A model generated the notes under the pieces. It had not been told where the DNA came from, did no database searches, and was given only the letters and a program-made list of their open reading frames with translations. The translations under genes were made by a program, and so were the position numbers. A DNA stretch of 62,947 nucleotides, filler included, from Choristocarpus tenellus KU-1152 (taxonomy: Eukaryota; Protista; Phaeophyceae), in the NCBI GenBank assembly GCA_964200185.2. It is 6 parts of 6 records of this genome, joined end to end, with 100 filler letters (N's around TTAATTAATTAA, not from the genome) between each part and the next. Parts side by side here need not be neighbours in the genome. Positions count along the whole stretch, not along the records: positions 1 to 31,345 come from CAXNAD020000083.1; 5 more parts are not named here. One strand, written 5' to 3'. Positions 1 through 10,400 of the stretch are shown here, piece after piece; within the stretch, counting starts at the first letter, position 1; every line of letters starts with the position of its first letter.

Positions 1-50
1 AAATTGACCCCAAATGGACAGCCGCCACCCCCTCCCGGTTACTTTGAGCC
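1..50. mobile_element. MITE family B, partial (window edge)
   Basis: AAATTGACCCCAAATGGACAGCCGCCACCCCCTCCC...ACTTTGAGCC matches one end of the full copies. Confidence 0.8.
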
Positions 51-605
51 TCAAATTATACTGGTTGAGCGATTGGACATGATTGTGTCCATGAGGAATT
101 TGTTTTCTTCATCTTAGCGCGTTTTCTGTGGTGGTTCTGACATTAATCTTGCCCGTTATGAGACTGCACACCTTCTTTGTGGGTGTTTAGAGTGGGAAGG
201 GCAATTGCTTCTTCCCCATGTTGCCTTGAAACCGCGACCCATTTCATTAAAGAACCCCCTTGGCAGACCATGATATGACTCAAATTCCTCCCCCTAAGAG
301 TAGCAACAGAAGAGGGGACTTCGTCTGGAACATTCTCCCATTACCCACGTCTATTACTGAAGCTGTTGGTGGAATTCAGTCCTAGGTATTGAGTGGGAAT
401 GCCCTGCAACTCTCACCCAAAATTAGAGATAACTCGTCTCCAAAAAGAAGCTACATGGCCATTTGGACACACTTTGACCCACAGATCTCCCTCCCTCACA
501 GTCCAGTCTGGCATTTCTACCTCTCTTTAATGGTGATTGTAGAATGTCCCTCCAACAGTTAAAGTTACTATAAAACTTCTTCGTTTACAAAACCAATATT
601 GTAAA

Positions 606-865
606 GAGTGAAAGTATCGTAGAGGGTACGAGATATTCCTATTTTTGTCCATTTGGGGCTTGGCTTCCCAAGGGTTATAGAATGACATTTTACCTACTCA
701 AGAACATTTTGGAGTAGGTAAAATGTATACGTTATGAAAAGATTTGTTCAGGACAAGGACAGTGGCACTTGTAACAAACACAACAGTCAAACTTACATCA
801 AAATTGCAACATTGAATTTTGGTGCCCAAACGGACACGGCTCTATCCTCTAAGATGCTTTGACTC
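606..865 (+). mobile_element. MITE family A copy (extra duplicated right end to ~893)
   Basis: Termini GAGTGAAAGTATCGTAGAGGGTA ... TATCCTCTAAGATGCTTTGACTC; internal hairpin CCTACTC...GAGTAGG. Confidence 0.85.
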
Positions 866-1463
866 TATATACCTTCTAAGATACGTTTGACTCTTACTGC
901 ACTGTTCAGATCAATCAAATTGGGACGGTTGATTTCTCTATTGTTTGTAACTTTGCAACACAATTTGACATATATCCTTAAGGTATTTCCAAAAAATGCG
1001 GAATATGCGCATTATGCAGGCATTCTTACAATGAAACTATAGATGCCTCTAGTTTACACTGACTCGCTTCCCTCAGAAAAAATAAAACAGATTCGGTGGG
1101 GACTTACAAGCGGAAGTGTTCATTTACACAACAATTTCGCCTCAATTGAAACAATGATATGGTTGGAATTTTGGAACTAATTTTTATAAATTGTGAGTCA
1201 AAACTTTAGAAATAATTTCTGATATATGCCATTCCCTTTATGTCTCAACTGTCAAGCTGTTTCTTAATTAATCGTCTCAATATTTTCAGCTTCAGACAAG
1301 TTCGATCTATTTCAGGATATTTGCCCAAACATAATTAACATGTGGAACTTCACCTGTTCCTTACCCTTCTCCGCATTCTAGCCAAACAGTGTATGATTTA
1401 TTTCCTAAGAGATCAAATTTAATATTTGATTACACTCCTACAATACCTCAATACAATTTGCAG

Positions 1464-4400
1464 ACGGAGATGGGGGAGCAATATATGCTGAGGCGTCAAC
1501 AACTCTAGACTTTGGAGGCACTTCCACCTTTCATGGTAACAGTGCTGGTAAGTTATGTCCTTCATCAATCAATATTCTTGCCCCGGAGACAGTGAAATTA
1601 GCGTCAGTTCCATGTATCTTGTCTGTTCTCAATATTGATGGAATAGGAGACTGTATTAATGTTAAGTTGTGAGCCAGGTGGACTAATGGCATACATATTC
1701 AGCACAATAAGTTCAAAAATCAACAATTCAATGTTCAATGCTGTAAGTCAAATGTTGCATAACAAAATAACCACAATATAGTAAGAGAACAGTGCTCAAC
1801 AAGTTCAAGAGCGAAATGGTTGATCCTTTGCTTAGTTCTTCTGTATACTCCAACTCATTACACCAGGCACCACAGTGACATGCAGGTGCGCATCCTCAAA
1901 ATTCATCCTCAATGCTGACAACCACTTCTGTGCACATCTGTCACCAGTTGCTAATTCGATATGATGCATTGTGAGCAGATCCTAAATATAACCACAATGT
2001 AGATTTGTTGTAATTGCTGTACTGTATAATAGCTGAGGAATTTTCTGCAGATGGTGGCAGTATCTTTCCCACACCGTATGGCATTTATTTTCTCTTGTTT
2101 GTGCATACGATGCTCTAGAGAAAATATTATGCTACTGGAAACATTTCTACACTATTAATGATTTGGGTCTTACCAAATTTGACAGGTTTAAGTGGAGGAG
2201 CTATTCAAATATATGGCTCGAGCAATCTGAGGATGCCAGGGGTATTGTACTTTGAAAGTAACACAGCGGGTAAGTGGAAGGATAGCGTAGGGGTTGATTT
2301 AGTATAGCACAATAAATTTATTGAAGAACTAAAGTATGTGGGATAATTTGTTGTAGTTGTTGTGATCCATGTTGCATTTTATTGATCTACTTTCAATTGT
2401 GTGAAATCCCCAAGGAGTTGTATCTGCAGTATTCATTGAAGCTTGACTCAAAATTTCCCACTACGACGTTTCGAAAATGCTCACAGAGAGAGATGGAGGA
2501 GCTATAGCAGCAGAGAGTGTTTCAACAATTGTCTCCGAAGGCAGTGCTCACTTTGTAAGAAATGTTGCAAGTAAGTGCAAGGTCGATGTGGTTTCACACA
2601 ACGGATGCTCGATCCAGTATAGAAGATGTTGATCCCAATCATAACATCTCTTCTGTACACCTATGCACTAGCGTAATGCCTAACATAGACATAATTGACA
2701 GTTATCATCTGATCAACAGCATGAGATTCATCATATTTGTATCCTTTTTTTTTAATTACTCTCTACATCTTCCTTTCTACTACTGACATTACTATTGCCA
2801 ATATATTTGCACGACTTAGCATGATTTGAAATCAGTTTGGGTATACTATGTTGATATTGTCTCTAAACTACAAAAATGCTGGTCACTGTTCTGCTTAAAA
2901 TTTAACTCCACCGTTGTAATCCCACACCCACTTTTTGGTTGCCCTCTAGTCTTACTTTTTAATCTTCTCCAAAAACCCAATACAGTTGAGATCATTATTG
3001 GTCACATTCATCTTGAATCAGTTCAGACTTTCTTTCAGCACCAATTGAAACCAATGACATAAACAAAATATTTAAAATACATTTTATTGCTGCAATTTGT
3101 AGTGTGAAACACTTATTGGTGTATTCATATTCCTTTGGTACGTTCAAGTCTCATGCTCTTTCTGAAGTGACCTGAATACCTTGAGATTTATTCACTGCGT
3201 CCATATTGATAAACTTGTTTTTTCATGTGAATACACTCTACACAAGAATATCTGACGGCAACAGTCCAACGTAACACTCAAGTGCACACCTTTTACTCGA
3301 AAACGTTTCACATAATTACAGATGATGACGGAGGAGCTCTAAGTGCACATGAAAATTGTACCTTCTCCTTTGGAGGCAATACCACCTTTGTCAGCAATTT
3401 TGCTGGTGAGTGCGAGGACCATGTATGTCCACCAGAGATGACTGTTTTAAAAATAATCTTCTAGAGGCTTTCTATTGCATGTATTGAAATCTGATGTCCT
3501 CCATGCAGTTAACCTTAGAATGAGGGAGGAGAGAATATACCACATTATTGCTCGTTGGCAGTGGGTATTCTAGATTATCTTGTCCAACTGTAGTACATCT
3601 TCGATACTGCAATGTACTGTCTACTTCTTCTAGGATATAGTTACGGACAACATCAATCCACTAAATCGCAAGAGATACCTCAAACGATCCCTTGATTTGA
3701 ACTATCCTCTGCTTACGTATTCTGACCAATGCCACTACTACTGCCAATGTCTTTGTAGAGCTATGCAATGTCTTTGTAGAGCTATGGATGAACTGAAATG
3801 AGTGCAGTAGACTATATTGATGCCATCTGTGAAATGCGGAGTTTGCAATAAGAAATCTGCTAGATTTTCACAACTCAGCCATGTGACCTTTCACACAACT
3901 CAGATGAAGCCCTCCAGTTCTACTCTTTAACTTCATTTCTCGAAACATATGTAGAGATTGGGCCTGAAATGATTTGTATATCGGCTAGATCATTTGATAC
4001 AAGCGTTGCTTCTGCACCAACTTGAAGAAATGGCATGTTCTTCGTTGCAAGAGTTGCTGGTATATGAATTTCTATGTGAGGAACTTAAGTCTCATACTTT
4101 TTTGGAGTGTCCTGTATACACTAAAGTTCATTCATCACCTCAATGCCGGTGAACTTGGCACATCTGGACTATTAGGACTAGCTGAATGAACCTAGAGCTC
4201 AAGAGGAACATATTGTCCTATCCTGTACCCATCTCCACATTCTTGTCCCATAGTATGGGTTCTATTTACTAAGAGGTAGAATTGAACTTCGAATCTCATT
4301 TGTGTATCACCTCACAGTGAAATATCTTAGAGGGTAGGAGTTTTGCCCTGTTTGTTTGAGCTTGGCTTCCCACGTTTTTCATTACATGTTTCGGAGTTGG

Positions 4401-7400
4401 TAAAATGTGTAACGTTATGAAAAGGTGTGCCTGGAACAAGGATATTGCCAGTTCTTAACAAACACAATAGTCAAAATTACATCCAGATCGCCACATTGGA
4501 TTTTGATGTCCAAATGGACGCGACCCTACCCTCTAAGATACTTTGGCTCTCAAAACAATTCCAGACGATACTGGAGGGGCTATAAACGCTCGGGAACTAT
4601 CCATGCTCAACTTTGAAGGAAATTCCACTTTTTATAATAATAGTGCAGGTAAGTCCATGCGTTCTCTCTTTTATTTAATGAGAAAGGTTGTTGTGTCAAT
4701 CTTCGTACAGTTCAGCCTGGAGTGGAACAAGTGTTGGGTGAACTGTGATTTGATTTAATTTGGAATAAGGAATTAGTTACTAGATATCTCTTAGACATCC
4801 ACAACTTAACCATTGTTACACCACGCCAAACTCAAATGATAGCCTCCTGTGCAGCTATTCTTCTCTCCTCCTCAAACGTATACTCTCAGATTTGGTTAGG
4901 ATTGCCCAATATTGAGGTTGAATCAGAAAATTTAAACTTTGTTTCCAGAACCAATCAAAAGAAATGATACAGTTAGAATCTTCGGAATATTGTTAAGATT
5001 GCGATTCAACGTGTCAAGAAGGGTAGCTGTTTGACGCATTTCCCTTTTACACTTTCAAGTTTTGGCTGCTTCCTCGGTGACGAATGCACCTTCTATTTCA
5101 TCTATTGCCTCAATATTGAAAAGGTTTGGACACATCTGTACCGTTAAGGATGTGTACATGAAACTAATCCCCACAAGGAATTTCCTTCATCACCTCCCCA
5201 TTCTAGATACTTAGTTTGAGTTCTATTATTGAGATGTAGATATTAATTTTGAATCCTCTCCTGTAGCTCGTTGACGCATTTACAGATAATATAGGAGGAG
5301 CTGTTCATGCTTCCACATCGTGCATTCTCAACTTCAATGGCGGTTCCAACTATCATACTAAGAGTGCTGGGAAGGCCATGCGTTTTTGTTTTTTAACTGA
5401 GCAAAATTTATATACCAATGTTGATGTATAAATAAGGATGGAGTGGAACTGGGGCTAGTTTATTTATGGCTATTACAACCTGTCAATACGGAATTGATGT
5501 TTACAACTCTTTCATACACTACTAACATGCATCTTATCACAATCCTACACCCACCTCAACTGATGCTCTACAGTGCAATTATTCTATTCTCCTGAAAACT
5601 TGTGTATGTAGATGCATTCAAGACTGATAAATATTGAAGTCTGAACATAGTTTTTTGAAAATCTGTTTCCAGCACTATCTAAAAGCAATTCATAAGAAAT
5701 GTTTGCAATAAGAATTCAGTATTTTGTTGAGAAGAGTTTAAAAAGTCGTTGGTGTATGATTTTTTTTGTAGTTGATAACCTAGCCTGTTTCGACATTGAC
5801 TTAGCTGGATTGAGCTTCAATTTTTTCTCATTGTTTTCTCCATCTGAACAGATTGAACTATTATTGGATAGGTGCATAAACCTGATTCCCACAAGGAAAT
5901 CCTTACTAATACTTCACTTATCTTCTTGTTCGTTAAATACAGAATCATGTCTCTCTTGGAAAAAAAATTTTTAGACGTAAAATATCAGTCTCCATGAGTC
6001 GAGTCAACATGATGAAACCACCAATATCCGAATTATTTCTTATCCCTAACATTGAAATAATTTCAGGAACGAATGGAGGTGCTATATATTTTCGAGACTC
6101 AACCACTCTTACTCTCAAAGACCATTCTATGTTTTTCGGCAACAGTGGTGAGTCCATGCGTTTCTTGTTGGAATGGCGACGCCTTTTCGAAGTTTTTTTC
6201 TTTCTGTTCAGAACACCAGTCAAGTTGAAAATTCTTCAATTTTTTGTAGCGAGCAAGTTAGACTAGTGTTGTTTATGTGGCAACAGTTTAGTGACTACCT
6301 TCAACAAGGTTACGCACCAAGAAAATCTGTTTAGTGCTGCAAGTCATACTTTGTAACCCAACCTGTGTTGATAGAGATGGAAGTACCTGTTGAAGATCAA
6401 TTCTAAAATGGTCAATTCTTTCCTCAAGTATATTCCGTGCAGTGGAATTTAATGCAGCCGTAAGACATCAACATGCAGGTTCACACTCTTATTATTTAAT
6501 TTGTGTGGGAAACCACTTTGGTAAACTCTTTGCACTTCCAGGAGTTAGGAGAAAAGGTACTGAAAATATTTCGACGTTGTGCAATGCGAACGGATCATGA
6601 AAAAGATGTGCTTTTCAATTTGTTGAAAATGCTACACTGTGTAATATGCTGATAACTGTTCTATACATAATCGCATTTTCTCTTTTATAGATATCACAAT
6701 ATTGGTCTCTATTTTGAGCATTAAATGTTTTGAAAAAAACATCATATCAAATAGCAAAGTTTCCTCCGTCTGTCATAATAAAGTACACATGTTCAAATTT
6801 TACAGGCATAGAAAAAAATGGAGGAGCAATTCGAATCTTTGAGTCAAGCAATCTGACCATGCTAGGAGTTATCTCCTTTGAAAACAACGCAGCGGGTAAG
6901 TGGAAGTATAGCGTATTGGTTGATGTTGTAGAATGCAATACATTTATTACAGCACTGAAGGATATTAAATATATCGATTTATAGGAAAATGTATCTGAAA
7001 ATCATTTCTCATCTGCTTCGTTTGTTTCCATAATGTGAATACCCTCGGTGTTCATCTAAAATTATGCCTCGAGCTTGAATCTTTACTCTCCACTTAAATA
7101 GTCCCCATCCCATTTCTTCCCACATATGTGCAGGAAATGATGGAGGAGCCATAGCTGTGAGTAAAGCTTCGACAGTCTTCTCTGAAGGCACTTCCACATT
7201 TGCAAGAAATTCTGCACGTATGTCAGAGGACCATGTGACCATGTACCCGATATTCTTGGTCTGATAGAGAAGATCTACCAGTTGTGCTTTCATATCAATA
7301 ATGAAAATATTATTTTTGCATTTGAGGTCAGCACTTCAAAAGTATCTGTGGGGGGGGTGGGGTCTACACCAGGGTGTCCATTCGGGCCCTGACCAATAGA

Positions 7401-10400
7401 AGTGGACTTGAATTATCCATACAACACATGCAACCAAATTTAACCAAGAATCGTGACATGGAAAAATGGGACCCAACTGGACGGCCACCACCACCCCCCC
7501 GATACATTGAGTCAGCCTGAGAAATAAGATATTTTTTTTCGACATCGGCAAGACAAATTCATAGTTCAATTCGATCTGCATAATAATGTTTCTCTATGCT
7601 GATGCACTAGTGTAATGCGTAACAGACATAATCAACAGTTACCATCTGATCAACAGTGTGAGATACCTCATTTATGTCCTTTTTGAAATACTCTGTATCT
7701 TCCTTTGCAATACTTACATTACTTTTATCAACGCCTTTACATGGCTCAGCATAATTTGGAATCAATTTGGGTAAACTATGTTGATACTGTCTCTAAAATA
7801 CAAAAATGCTAGCCATTGTTCTGCTCAAAATTCACAAGTCCACAGTTGTAACCCCACACCCACTTTTTTGTTGCTCCTCAAGTCTTACTTTTTAATCTGC
7901 TCCAAAAAAATCAACAAACTTTCTTTCAGCACCAATTGAAACCAATTCATCACAGAATATTTGAAATATTTTTTTTGCTGCAGTTTGTAGTGTTGAAACG
8001 CTTATTGGTGTATGCATATTCCTTTGGCACGTTCAAGTCTCATGCTGTTTCTGAAGTGTGACCTGATACCTTGAAATTTATTCACTGTGTCCATATTGAT
8101 AAACTTGTTATATCATGTGAATACACTCTACACAAGAATATCTGATGGCAACAGTCCAACGTATCACTCGAGTGCACACCTTTCACTCGAAAACACTTCA
8201 CATAATTACAGATGATGACGGAGGAGCTCTAACTGCGAATGAAAATTGTACCTTCTTCTTTAGAGGCAATACCACCTTTGTCAGCAACTTTGCTGGTGAG
8301 TGCGAGGACCATATATGTCCACCAGAGATGGCTGTTTTTTAAAGAAAAATCTTCTAGAGGCTTCATATGCAGTCAAATTATCTTAGAGGGTAGAGCCATG
8401 TCCTTTTGGGGCCTAATAACCAATGTTGCAATTTTGATGTCAACATCCTTGTTCGGAACTCAACCTTTCATAACGTATACATTTATCTACTCCGAAACTT
8501 TCAGAGTAGGTAAATTGCCGTAAAAACCCTGTGGGATGTCAGACCCCAAACAAACAAACAGGGCAAAATTCGTACCCTCTAAGATGCTTTGACTCTATTG
8601 CACGTATAGAAATCTGGCATCCTTCTTGCATGATGAGAGAATATGCCACGTTATTGCTCATTGGCAGTGGGTATTCTAGATGATCTTGACCAAATGTAGG
8701 ACATCTTCCATACTGCATGTACTGTCTACTTCCTCTAGGATATATTTAGAGACTATCAATCCACTTAAGAGCAAGTTTATCTATTCTTGCCATTGCCATT
8801 GCTACTGCCACTGTCTGTGTAGAGTTATGAATGAACTGAATTGAGTGCAGTAGACTATATTGATGCCATCTGTGAAATGCAGTGTTTGTGATAAGAAATT
8901 TGCTAGATTTTCTCAACTCAGATGAAGCCCTCAAATCCTACTCTTAAACCCCCTTTCTCGAAACATATGTAGAGATTGGGTCTAGAAAGATTTGGGCTAG
9001 ATCATTTTATGAAAGCTTTGCTTCTGCACCAACTTGAAGAATTGGCATTAGGTGAATGAATCTAGAGCTCTATATGATATATTATTCTATCCTGCGAGCC
9101 AAAGTATCATAGAGGGTAGAGCCGCGTCCATTTGGGGTTCAAAGTCCAATGTTGCGATTTGATTTAATTTTGGCTATCGTATTTGTTAGGAAGTGTCTAT
9201 AACTACGTTTCGGACAAACCTTTTCGTAACGTATACATTTTACCTACTCCTAAACATTTTGGAATAGGGAAATGACATAAAACCCCACGAGAAGTAGCCC
9301 CAAATGGACGAACAGGGCAAAACTCGTACCCTCTAAATCACTTTCACTATGTACCTATCTTGACATTCTTGTCCCACAGTATGGGTTCTATTTACTAAGA
9401 AGTGGAACTAAACTTCGAACCCCATTTGTGTACCACCTAAAAAAAAATTCCAGACGATAATGGAGGGGCTATATACGCTTGGGAACTATCGAAGCTCAAC
9501 TTTGAAGGAAATTCCACTTTTTATAATAATAGTGCAGGTAAGTCCATGTGTTCTGTCTTTTATTTAATGAGAATGGTCGGTGTGTCAATGTCTTTTTAAA
9601 GTTCAGCCTGGAGTGGAACAAGTGTTGGGTGAACTGTGATTTTGTTTACTTAAGGTTAGTGTTAGGGTTAGGGTTATTGTAACACCACGCCAAACTCAAA
9701 TGATAGCCTCCAGTGCAGCTATTCTTCTCTCCTCCTCAAACGTATACTCTCAGATTTGGTTAGGATTGCCCAATATTGAGGTTGAATCAGAAAATTTAAA
9801 CTTTGTTTCCAGAACTAATCAAAAGAATGATACAGTTAGAATCTTCGGAATATTGTTAAGATTGCGATTCAACGTGTCAAGAAGGGTAGCTGTTTGACGC
9901 ATTTCCCTTTTACACTTTCAAGTTTTGGCTGCTTCCTCGGTGACGAATGCACCTTCTATTTCATCTATTGCCTCAATATTGAAAAGGTTTGGACACATCT
10001 GTACCGTTAAGGATGTGTACATGAAACTAATCCCCACAAGGAATTTCCTTCATCACCTCCCCATTCTAGATACTTAGTTTGAGTTCTATTATTGAGATGT
10101 AGATATTAATTTTGAATCCTCTCCTGTAGCTCGTTGACGCATTTACAGATAATATAGGAGGAGCTGTTCATGCTTCCACATCGTGCATTCTCAACTTCAA
10201 TGGCGGTTCCAACTATCATACTAAGAGTGCTGGGAAGGCCATGCGTTTTTGTTTTTTAACTGAGCAAAATTTATATACCAATGTTGATGTATAAATAAGG
10301 ATGGAGTGGAACTGGGGCTAGTTTATTTATGGCTATTACAACCTGTCAATACGGAATTGATGTTTACAACTCTTTCATACACTACTAACATGCATCTTAT

